Origin: Lachnospiraceae bacterium
GTDB lineage: Bacteria; Bacillota; Clostridia; Lachnospirales; Lachnospiraceae
DNA: 64,000 nucleotides
Direction: 5' to 3'
NCBI GenBank assembly: GCA_029054245.1
Contig: JAIDFQ010000004.1
Span: forward strand, 127,662 to 191,661
Made by a program: the position numbers and the translations under genes. The notes below the pieces were generated by a model. That model was not told the DNA's origin and ran no database searches. It saw nothing but the letters and a program-made list of their open reading frames with translations. This document shows, piece by piece, positions 9,779 to 17,630 of this stretch (its first letter is position 1; the number at the start of each line of letters is the position of its first letter).

Positions 9779-12700
9779 TTAATCCTCCTCCATCATTCTT
9801 CTCAAAATCAGATACACGCCAATGACTAGACCTGCACTGATTAGGAGAATCACGGTAATAATACCCGCCGCCTTAACCGGCTCCCTTGCAGGCATTTCCA
9901 CCTTTATATAACTCTGGGCTTTCGCCAACTCCTGTGCTCTTTCAGACAAAAGCATCTCTTTCGTATCATCACTGATGATAATGACATAATCCGATGCATG
10001 CATGAATTCATAATTTGCCCTGCCTGTACTACTCACCTGTGTCGCGCACATAAATTCAAAGGAATATGTTTCTTCGTTATAATAAAACAAATTTGCATAC
10101 TGCCCTGCCTGTGCCTGATCCAATTTCACCGACAGCTGTGCCGTAAATCCAAAAGCGCCTTCATAGGCAAGGGACACTTCTATGTAATTTTCATTTTCCG
10201 TCAGTGCGTTCAACATCTCCTTTGGAATTTGGCTTGATCCAAGCAAAACTCCCATATCCACGTCTTCCTGCGGTTCGCTTTCTATGGTGCTTCCGTCAAT
10301 GGTCCATCTGACATAATCATCCATCTGAAGCGTCACTTTGGTTCCCTGGTCTTTGATCTGTTTCAACGTTTCAGCATAGACTGTACTGGTCTGCCCCGCA
10401 TCTATCATCGTCGCATCTTCTACCGCCGTCTGGGGTTTCGGAGTCGCCGCCGTTACAGTCAGCCCCTGGGAATTCGTATTTTCCTGCGTGCTTACCGAAT
10501 TAGAATTGCCGCCCGCTGACGTCGTCACAGAAGAAGAGACGACTTCCGCAGATTTCCCATCTGCCGAATTGGATGTAGTCTGTGCAGGAACCGTCTGTTC
10601 CTGTGCAGGTGCCATTGGCTCCTGTGCAGGTGCCGTTGGCTCCTGTGCTGGCGCCGTTGGCTCCTGTACAGGTGCCGTTGGCTCCTGTGCTGGCGCCGTT
10701 GGCTCCTGTACAGGCATTAGCGTCTCTGCAGGCTTGCTCTCCGCTGATACCGGTACTGCTGTAGGCTGATTCACAGGTGCTGCAGTAGGCGGCGCTGTCG
10801 GTTTTGCCGTAGGCGGCGCTGTGGGTTCTGCCGTAGGCGCTGCCGTGGGCGGTGTTGTGGGTTTTGCCGTAGGCGGCGCTGTGGGTTCTGCCGTAGGCGC
10901 TGCTGTGGGCTCTGCCGTAGGTTTCGCCGTGGGTTTGCTGGTCGGCTTAGCTGTTGGGCTCGCCGTCGGTTCACTTGTAGGTTTGGCTATGGGGGTTGCC
11001 GTCGGTTCACTCGTTGGTCTATCTGCCGGTTTCGCCGTAGGCTCGTCCGTCGGGCTTGCTATCGGTTTATTCGTAGGCTCACCAATAGGCACATCTGTAG
11101 GCTTTACCGTCGGTGTGGCTGTGGGTTTTGCCGACGCGGATGGCTTTCCTGTTGCAGATGCCCCAGGCGTCGATGTGGGTTTCACTGTCGGTGTTGCCGT
11201 GGGTGTGGGCTTTGCCGTAGGTGTCACTGTAGGCTTTGCCGTGGGTGTCGCTGTAGGCTTTGCCGTGGGTGTTACCTGTGTGGGAACCGGACATGCGCTG
11301 GGCGGCATATTTTCATAAACCGGAATCTTAAACACAAAGGAATTATCCAGCGCATTAATCTTGCTATAAGCCGTCTTTACCATCTGGGATTCTGTATACG
11401 GCGCCATGATATTCTGCATATATTGATGCGTATACAAGGTACCGTCGCTTGCATCCACATCAAACTTCTGAAGATACAGGGTATCCTGTCCCCTCAAAAT
11501 ATAGCTTTTCGACAGTATGGCGGATCCTCCTTTGATGGAAGCGTAGGGGGAATTCCAGCCTTCTTTAACGGCTTTGGCAAGCCCCGACTCTATTACCTGT
11601 TTCGTGGTTGTTCCTGAAGCGCCAATATTGAAATAATTATAGTAGCCTCTGTATGCAGGAACTGCATCATAAGTTCCTGAAATCAATGCAGACTTTCCCT
11701 CCCCCTGCTCCTGAAAGACACGGCAGGCAAGATGGAATGGGCTTACTTTTAAAGATACGCCCACCTGAAAAAATGCGTCTGCATAGGTCATCCCCGCGCC
11801 TGGCAGTTCTCCCCGCATAAAGGTATTGCTCAATATGTTCTGCACTGCCGCCTTTGAATGATAGGATGAATTATAAGTCAGCTGCTCAAACTGAAAAATT
11901 CTGGTTTCATCCAAAAAGTTCCTGGGATCAAGATAGTACTTTACGGCTGCCTCTGATGCATAATACCAGCCGGGGCTATGATACCCATTGCGGTATGCAG
12001 CTCCCATCACACTGTTGATCAGACTTCTGCCCTTGGAATTCTCACTGTTCACCACCTTCTCCCAGTCAAGACCTGTGTTCTGTCTTACGAAAGTCCAATT
12101 GGGATGTGCCTGCTTTAATAAAACCAGTTTATCTCTGTAAGATGCCGGGAACTGCTCTATATCAGGATATCCCCCCATGTCTGCGGCATACATGGCAATC
12201 CTTGCAAAATAATTATTTTCCCATGCCGTAAATATCTCATTAGAATAGGCAAGATAATTCCGGTCAACATAACCCGTATAGGAATCTCCGTTATGCTCAA
12301 CCGTTACTCTGTACCAAATGGTATAATCCGGATCCAGAGCAACACCGTTGATAAGAACAGTGGTACCTGATGGAAGCCATACAAGATCCTCGCTGCTTAT
12401 ATCAGGCTCCCTTTTCAAGCCATAGTAATCACAAAGATAGATAAGCGCCATCAGCGGATCTTGCTCTGCGATCTCGCCAAGCGCATTCTGCGCTTCCGTT
12501 ATATATTCCTCAAACTCCAGATCTTCTTCAAATTCACCTATCCCCGGCATCCCCTCCTGTGGAAGCACCTGCACATTTTCCTGCGAAAGAGGCGGTGTGC
12601 TCTCCGGTACCGTTTCTGCCGGAATTTCCGGTATAACCCCTTCTGGGCTTTCAGGTATATTTCCTTCGGGATTTTCCCAGGTCTCTCCCTCTGCCGGTGT

Positions 12701-12886
12701 TCCCTCCGCAGGGGGTATATTTTCATTAGGATTTTGTTCACCTATCTGTGTATCTTCAGGCTGCCAAATTTCCTGCTCATTTCCTTCAACACCATTATTC
12801 AGTTCTGCGCCCCATACGCCAAAACCTGACTGCATAAAAATCGTTATACATAAAATTATCGTTAAAAAGACTCTATTTTTTCTCAT
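9779..12886 (-). CDS. Membrane-anchored peptidoglycan hydrolase (SH3-like + glucosaminidase-like domain, Pro/Thr stalk, C-terminal beta domain, TM anchor)
   Basis: Signal peptide; WYRV...TGYV SH3-like segment; YYNYFNIGA and HQYMQNI glucosaminidase-like motifs; about 230-aa PT-rich linker; C-terminal TM followed by RR. The alternative upstream ATG is at 12907. Confidence 0.75.
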   Translation of the reverse strand: MRKNRVFLTIILCITIFMQSGFGVWGAELNNGVEGNEQEIWQPEDTQIGEQNPNENIPPAEGTPAEGETWENPEGNIPESPEGVIPEIPAETVPESTPPLSQENVQVLPQEGMPGIGEFEEDLEFEEYITEAQNALGEIAEQDPLMALIYLCDYYGLKREPDISSEDLVWLPSGTTVLINGVALDPDYTIWYRVTVEHNGDSYTGYVDRNYLAYSNEIFTAWENNYFARIAMYAADMGGYPDIEQFPASYRDKLVLLKQAHPNWTFVRQNTGLDWEKVVNSENSKGRSLINSVMGAAYRNGYHSPGWYYASEAAVKYYLDPRNFLDETRIFQFEQLTYNSSYHSKAAVQNILSNTFMRGELPGAGMTYADAFFQVGVSLKVSPFHLACRVFQEQGEGKSALISGTYDAVPAYRGYYNYFNIGASGTTTKQVIESGLAKAVKEGWNSPYASIKGGSAILSKSYILRGQDTLYLQKFDVDASDGTLYTHQYMQNIMAPYTESQMVKTAYSKINALDNSFVFKIPVYENMPPSACPVPTQVTPTAKPTATPTAKPTVTPTAKPTPTATPTVKPTSTPGASATGKPSASAKPTATPTVKPTDVPIGEPTNKPIASPTDEPTAKPADRPTSEPTATPIAKPTSEPTASPTAKPTSKPTAKPTAEPTAAPTAEPTAPPTAKPTTPPTAAPTAEPTAPPTAKPTAPPTAAPVNQPTAVPVSAESKPAETLMPVQEPTAPAQEPTAPVQEPTAPAQEPTAPAQEPMAPAQEQTVPAQTTSNSADGKSAEVVSSSVTTSAGGNSNSVSTQENTNSQGLTVTAATPKPQTAVEDATMIDAGQTSTVYAETLKQIKDQGTKVTLQMDDYVRWTIDGSTIESEPQEDVDMGVLLGSSQIPKEMLNALTENENYIEVSLAYEGAFGFTAQLSVKLDQAQAGQYANLFYYNEETYSFEFMCATQVSSTGRANYEFMHASDYVIIISDDTKEMLLSERAQELAKAQSYIKVEMPAREPVKAAGIITVILLISAGLVIGVYLILRRMMEED
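10599..10714. repeat. Intragenic 21-bp tandem repeat (5 full units plus a partial) encoding QEP(T/M)AP(A/V)
   Basis: Units tcctgt(g/a)c(a/t)gg(t/c)gcc(g/a)ttggc start at 10599, 10620, 10641, 10662 and 10683. Confidence 0.9.
10780..11280. repeat. Degenerate 12-bp-period repeat encoding a PTA(K/E/P/A)/PTxT stalk
   Basis: Repeated gccgtaggc/gccgtggg/gctgtagg words; the protein reads TPTAKPTATPTAKPT...PTAEPTAPPTAKPT. Confidence 0.85.
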
Positions 12887-12998
12887 TGGTGCTCCCCGAA
12901 GATTCACATGAAGGTATTCTTTGACGCTATATACCTTACTATATTCTCTAAATTATGTCAACCTTCAAAATCCAAATCCCTCCATTTGATTGTAAATC

Positions 12999-13727
12999 TT
13001 ATTGTACATCTGCCATCTTCTGCCGCATGCCCAGCAATATTTTCTTCTCCAGACGGCTTACCTGCACCTGGCTGATGCCTAAGACCTTGGCAACCTCCGT
13101 CTGCGTCTTATCCTGATAATATCTAAGCGTAATCAGTTTCTGCTCCTTTTGCGGCAAACCGTTTATGAGCTGGCGCACCACCAGATGATTCAATACAGCT
13201 TCTTGTTCATTCTGTTTTTCATCTGCCAATTGATCCACCATAAATATTTCACTGCCGTCATTTTGATAAACCGACTTATAGATCGATTCCACTTGCACAG
13301 AGGCATCAATAGCAAGCACCACCTCCTCCACCGAAAGCGCTGCCTCCCCTGCCACCTCCTCAAGGGTCGGTTCACGGTTTAACTGATTGTTAAGTCTTTC
13401 CCTTGCATACTTTACCCGCAATGCGTTTTCCTTTAATGTCCGGGACACCTTTACCATTCCATCATCCCTGATAAATCGCTTGATTTCTCCAGTTATCAGC
13501 GGAACCGCATAAGTTGAGAACTTCACATCATAGCTCGTATTAAATTTGTCTATGGACTTGATGAGACCTATCACCCCGATTTGAAACAAATCCTCGGTAT
13601 CATATCCCCTGCCTGTAAAGCGCTTCACAATATGGCGAACCAGTCCCAGATTCTGCTCTATCAGTACTTCCCTTGCTTCCTTTTCTCCTGCCTGTGCTCT
13701 CCCGATCAGTACTGCATTTTCTATCAT
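12999..13727 (-). CDS. sigF: Forespore sigma factor SigF (SpoIIAC)
   Basis: Sigma-70 region 2 (EDLFQIGVIGLIKSIDKF, FSTYAVPLITGEIKRF) and region 4 HTH; third gene of spoIIA. Confidence 0.92.
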   Translation of the reverse strand: MIENAVLIGRAQAGEKEAREVLIEQNLGLVRHIVKRFTGRGYDTEDLFQIGVIGLIKSIDKFNTSYDVKFSTYAVPLITGEIKRFIRDDGMVKVSRTLKENALRVKYARERLNNQLNREPTLEEVAGEAALSVEEVVLAIDASVQVESIYKSVYQNDGSEIFMVDQLADEKQNEQEAVLNHLVVRQLINGLPQKEQKLITLRYYQDKTQTEVAKVLGISQVQVSRLEKKILLGMRQKMADVQ

Positions 13728-13730
13728 AGA

Positions 13731-14249
13731 TTACTCCTCTTGCCTGATCCATGATGTGATTCCTAATTTTTTCTTCATTTGCACAGTAGTTCCCATCCCC
13801 GGTGTTGAGATTACTTCCAAATCATCCATAAATGCCTCCATAAACGCAAACCCCATTCCCGATCTGTCCATCTCCGGCTTTGTAGTAAAGAGGGGCTCCA
13901 TTGCCTGTTCAATATTCTCAATTCCCTTCCCCGTATCCTTCACTTCCACCTGCAGAACATCTTCCTCAATAAGACAATGCAGATAAATCTGCTGCTTCTC
14001 TTCCAATGGATTTTCGCTTTCATACTCCGCGTCATATCCGTGGATAATGGCATTGGTTACAGCCTCTGAAACTGCCGTCTTGATATCTGATATTTCTTCG
14101 ATCGTAGGATTTAAGGGCGTTACAAACGCTGCAACTGCTATTCTGGCAAATGCTTCATTCACCGAAACAGCATCAAATGTCAGATGCATTTCATTTCTCA
14201 AAATGGTCTGATTCCCTATTCCATTCTCCATTCTGTGTCCTGTTTCCAT
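13731..14249 (-). CDS. spoIIAB: Anti-sigma F factor / serine kinase
   Basis: NEAFARIAVAAF, IKTAVSEAVTNAIIHGY, RSGMGFAFME. Confidence 0.95.
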   Translation of the reverse strand: METGHRMENGIGNQTILRNEMHLTFDAVSVNEAFARIAVAAFVTPLNPTIEEISDIKTAVSEAVTNAIIHGYDAEYESENPLEEKQQIYLHCLIEEDVLQVEVKDTGKGIENIEQAMEPLFTTKPEMDRSGMGFAFMEAFMDDLEVISTPGMGTTVQMKKKLGITSWIRQEE

Positions 14250-14276
14250 ATTCTTTTCCTTTCAAATGTTAGTTTT

Positions 14277-14585
14277 TTATTCCATTATTTCAATAACTTT
14301 ATGTAAACCGCAAATCATCAGTGTTCTTCTAATACGCATGTCCGTATTTATGGCAAACACCTTTCCTCCAAAATAGGATATTTTCTTGTATCTTCCTATA
14401 ATAATTCCTATTCCAGAGCTGTCCATAAAACGAGTATCCTCGAAATCAAAGACAACATTCCCCACTCCTTCCTTCATGATATATTCATCAGCCGTCTTAC
14501 TTATGTAAATCGACTTGTGATGGTCCACCTCCTCCGGCATCCTGACCATCAGGTAATTATCAATCACCTTAAAATTTTCTTCCAT
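14277..14585 (-). CDS. spoIIAA: Anti-sigma F factor antagonist (STAS domain)
   Basis: EEVDHH and FMDSSGIG phospho-acceptor motif; first gene of spoIIA. Confidence 0.92.
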   Translation of the reverse strand: MEENFKVIDNYLMVRMPEEVDHHKSIYISKTADEYIMKEGVGNVVFDFEDTRFMDSSGIGIIIGRYKKISYFGGKVFAINTDMRIRRTLMICGLHKVIEIME

Positions 14586-14632
14586 GTTGATTCCCCTTCC
14601 TGATTCTTAAAAGTCTCTTTCTTCCATCACAT

Positions 14633-14665
14633 AAAAAAGAGAACAAACTTGCATTTGTTCTCTTT
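14633..14665 (-). terminator. Rho-independent terminator after the TPR gene
   Basis: 12-bp perfect stem AAAGAGAACAAA/TTTGTTCTCTTT with 6-nt loop, ending in a U-tract on the minus strand. Confidence 0.8.
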
Positions 14666-14700
14666 CGTATACTGGTTATTTTCAGCCTTGGTTGAAGACT

Positions 14701-14752
14701 GTATTGTACCAAACGCTGACGCGCTTCGCGGGACAGCTTATTGTACCAAAGC
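14701..14752. repeat. Copy A of a dispersed 18-bp module (two direct copies around a 19-nt hairpin spacer)
   Basis: Minus strand reads GCTTTGGTACAATAAGC-tgtcccgcgaagcgcgtca-GCGTTTGGTACAATAC; matches the loci at 31838 and 54717. Confidence 0.75.
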
Positions 14753-14753
14753 A

Positions 14754-16184
14754 TTAATCCGCATTATTGATTTCTGCCAGATATGTTTCTGAGCGGTTTG
14801 CAATTTCTGTATCAGGGAAATTGTCAATTACCTCCGCATATAGTTCTTTTGCTTTGTCTTCATCACCGTTTCTCCGGTAACTGTTTGCCAAATGATATAA
14901 TGCATCACCGTTGGTATGGTCATACTGGTATGCTCTTGCCAGATTGGGAATCGCCGTCTCATAATCATCCGCGCGATATGCAGCATAACCGGTATTGTAA
15001 TAATGATTGACCAGCCTTTCCCCAATCAGTCCTATAAAATCATCATACAGCGCAGTAAATGCCTCTGTTTTGTCCTGACTTCCTTCTTCGTTTTCTGCGC
15101 CTTCTTCCTCGTCCAGCGCCTCCAGATATGCAGCGATTGCTTCTATATCATCGGGATTCTTCAAATATGCATCGACTGCCATCATAAGCCCGTCCGTTGC
15201 TTTCAGTGTCCCGTCCGTTCCCTGATAGGAAGAAAGCTCTGCTGTCAACTCTGCATTCTCATCGGTAAGTTTCTGCACCTTTTGTTCCAGTTCGTCGATG
15301 GTCGCTGTCTTGGCATCGGACTGTTCACTGACGGCTCTCAATTCCTTATTGATATCTGCTTTTGCATTCTGAATCTGCCCCGGCAAGATCAGGAAGCAGG
15401 CAATTGCAACACCGATAATCACGCCCAGTCCCAAGTTCAGTAAAGTAGAAATTCCTTTGGGTTCTTTCATATTTACCGGCTGGATAATCGTTTCGTTGCC
15501 ACTTTGATAACGCACCACATTTTCCCGCACCGCCTTCTTCTTGGAAGCACCTTTAGCTGCTTCCTCTGGCATCAGCATATGCTCCACTTCTTTCATATAA
15601 CGGAGCGTCGTTGTATTGTTCGCATCAATCTGGCTGCATTTCTCCAACTCCCTGTTCGCCTTTTCCCATTCCTCAGCGACAATATACAAAAGCGCCAAAA
15701 GTTGATGTGCCCGCACATATTTGGGATTGTAGGAAAGAACCTTTTTCAACTGTATCACAGCCAAATCCTGACTGTCCTGATAACAATAAAGCAATGCCTG
15801 GTTATATTTCTTAATCGTCTGATTGATTGTATCAAGCCTTGCCTGATTGGTCTGTATCATATCAATGTAATCATCTGCAATGTTTTTTTGGGGACGCAGG
15901 TTTTTGCTGATAACCCACTCTCCTAATGCAGAGACCACTTCACCCATCTCAAAATAGACAAGTCCAAGCAGATTCCTTGCATCAATATGATTTTTATTTA
16001 ATTTTAAGCTCTGCCGTAAGCTGACAATTGCTCCGGATAAATCCCTTACCGTGGCCTTTTCCAGTCCATCATTATAAAAGCGGTTGGACATGAACATAAT
16101 CCTCTTATAGAGGGATACATCCGCACCACAGCCCGTACAAAAATCGTGTTCTGACAAACGGCACCCACACTTATAACAAATCAT
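14754..16184 (-). CDS. Tetratricopeptide-repeat membrane protein (N-terminal zinc ribbon, TPRs, TM, coiled coil, C-terminal TPR)
   Basis: MICYKCG...CTGCG; TPR helices; hydrophobic LLNLGLGVIIGVAIACFLIL; start placed at ATG 16184 behind GAGGAG. Confidence 0.8.
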   Translation of the reverse strand: MICYKCGCRLSEHDFCTGCGADVSLYKRIMFMSNRFYNDGLEKATVRDLSGAIVSLRQSLKLNKNHIDARNLLGLVYFEMGEVVSALGEWVISKNLRPQKNIADDYIDMIQTNQARLDTINQTIKKYNQALLYCYQDSQDLAVIQLKKVLSYNPKYVRAHQLLALLYIVAEEWEKANRELEKCSQIDANNTTTLRYMKEVEHMLMPEEAAKGASKKKAVRENVVRYQSGNETIIQPVNMKEPKGISTLLNLGLGVIIGVAIACFLILPGQIQNAKADINKELRAVSEQSDAKTATIDELEQKVQKLTDENAELTAELSSYQGTDGTLKATDGLMMAVDAYLKNPDDIEAIAAYLEALDEEEGAENEEGSQDKTEAFTALYDDFIGLIGERLVNHYYNTGYAAYRADDYETAIPNLARAYQYDHTNGDALYHLANSYRRNGDEDKAKELYAEVIDNFPDTEIANRSETYLAEINNAD

Positions 16185-16195
16185 GCCGTCACTCC

Positions 16196-16342
16196 TCACT
16201 CTTCTTCGGTTTTTGTCTTTTCTGTCAACTTAATCAATATATCAGCCATATCCGTCAAATCCTGGTTATAAATCGCCTCTTCCGCATCTTCAACCTCAAG
16301 ACTGGGATGGAATTTCTTCAATTCCTCTTCAAAATCAATCAT
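16196..16342 (-). CDS. Small acidic hypothetical protein, 48 aa (not in the ORF track)
   Basis: MIDFEEELKKFHPSLEVEDAEEAIYNQDLTDMADILIKLTEKTKTEEE*; GAGGAG RBS upstream; overlaps the folC stop by 8 nt; its stop abuts the RBS of the TPR gene. Confidence 0.72.
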   Translation of the reverse strand: MIDFEEELKKFHPSLEVEDAEEAIYNQDLTDMADILIKLTEKTKTEEE

Positions 16343-17621
16343 TCTGTTTTCTCCTCATCAGGGACTTTATCTGTCCTATCAAATAGATTGAGCCGGCAAT
16401 ATAAATCACGTCCTCCTCCTTCTTTAAGGATAAAAGATAATCATATGCCTCCTCGGCATCGACGTGAAAGCTACATGTCATTTTCGTATATTGCCCCCAA
16501 ATTGTTTTCAGTTCTTCTATGGTTGCGCTTCTGTCTGTCTCTAAAGGGGTTATTGCCACCTGATTAAAAAGCCCGGATTCTATAATCTTCTCAATCATAA
16601 TATCATAACGCTTGTCCCTGACAACTCCGAACAATAAAAATCGTTTTCCTTTACACCCGTCTCTTTGGACGGTCTGCCAAAGCGCCTCTATGCCATCTTC
16701 ATTATGTGCGCCATCCAGATAAATCCCCGGCATGACCTCTTCCATCCTGCCCTGCCATTTAGCTAGGCGCAAACCGTTTCTGATGGAAGACTCTGTAATT
16801 TTTTCGTCATTCAACACTTTTGCCGCCGCAACTGCCAACGCTGCATTTTCTGTCTGATACAGCGCCACGGTATCAAGCAAAAGACTAACATAATTATAAT
16901 AACCAGTATGGAACGAAAAATCAATGGTTTTATTGTTAATATTCACATTCAAAATATTGTCTTTTCCGATTATTATCGCCGGACTTTGTGCTTTTTTGGC
17001 ATATTCGGTCAAAACCTTTGTGCTCTCCGGTCTTTTATCCATAAGTACCACCGGCACGCCTGGCTTTATAATACCTGCTTTCTCTGCGGCTATTTCGCAA
17101 ATTTGATTCCCCAGATATTGCATATGATCGAAGCCAATTTCTGTAATAATACACACATCAGGCTTTTCAATACAGTTCGTTGCATCCAGCCTTCCGCCAA
17201 GCCCAGTTTCAAGAATAATATACTTTGGTTCCCTTTTTCTGAAATAGTCCATCGCCATCAAAAAAAGAAATTCAAAAAAAGAGGGGTGGTTTTCCTTCGA
17301 CGATACTTTTTTGATTTTCTCGAAACTGCTTATAAAATCTTCTTCCGAGATCATCACGTCGTTGATGCTTATCCGCTCCCGCATGGTTTCCAAGTGGGGA
17401 GAGATGAACATGCCCACGCTGTACCCACTCTCCATCAAAATAGAACGCAAATAAGCACAAACGGAACCTTTTCCGTTTGTGCCTGCAACATGAATGATCC
17501 TGCTTTTTATTCTGCCGCCCACGATTTCTTCCAGCAGCCTTTTGGTGTCTGCCAAGGTATGCTTTCCTGCAAATTTGGGGATATCAAGAATATATTGCTC
17601 TGCTTCCATATATGTTTTCAT
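16335..17621 (-). CDS. folC: Bifunctional folylpolyglutamate synthase/dihydrofolate synthase
   Basis: IHVAGTNGKGS, SPHL..RERI, LETGLGGRLDATN, EKAGIIK and DGAHN motifs. Confidence 0.93.
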   Translation of the reverse strand: MKTYMEAEQYILDIPKFAGKHTLADTKRLLEEIVGGRIKSRIIHVAGTNGKGSVCAYLRSILMESGYSVGMFISPHLETMRERISINDVMISEEDFISSFEKIKKVSSKENHPSFFEFLFLMAMDYFRKREPKYIILETGLGGRLDATNCIEKPDVCIITEIGFDHMQYLGNQICEIAAEKAGIIKPGVPVVLMDKRPESTKVLTEYAKKAQSPAIIIGKDNILNVNINNKTIDFSFHTGYYNYVSLLLDTVALYQTENAALAVAAAKVLNDEKITESSIRNGLRLAKWQGRMEEVMPGIYLDGAHNEDGIEALWQTVQRDGCKGKRFLLFGVVRDKRYDIMIEKIIESGLFNQVAITPLETDRSATIEELKTIWGQYTKMTCSFHVDAEEAYDYLLSLKKEEDVIYIAGSIYLIGQIKSLMRRKQND

Positions 17622-17630
17622 ATTTTTACC

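Noticed and set aside
10488-11318. Plus-strand Gly/Ala/Val-rich ORFs
   Set aside because: Antisense shadows of the Pro/Thr stalk repeats.
14590-14632. SigH promoter or Spo0A boxes for spoIIA
   Set aside because: A GAAT is present but the -35 match and spacing are poor, and no clear TGNCGAA box was seen; not supportable by eye.
14569-14754. 61-aa minus-strand ORF upstream of spoIIAA
   Set aside because: It spans the repeat module and a strong terminator, has no RBS and has an atypical composition.
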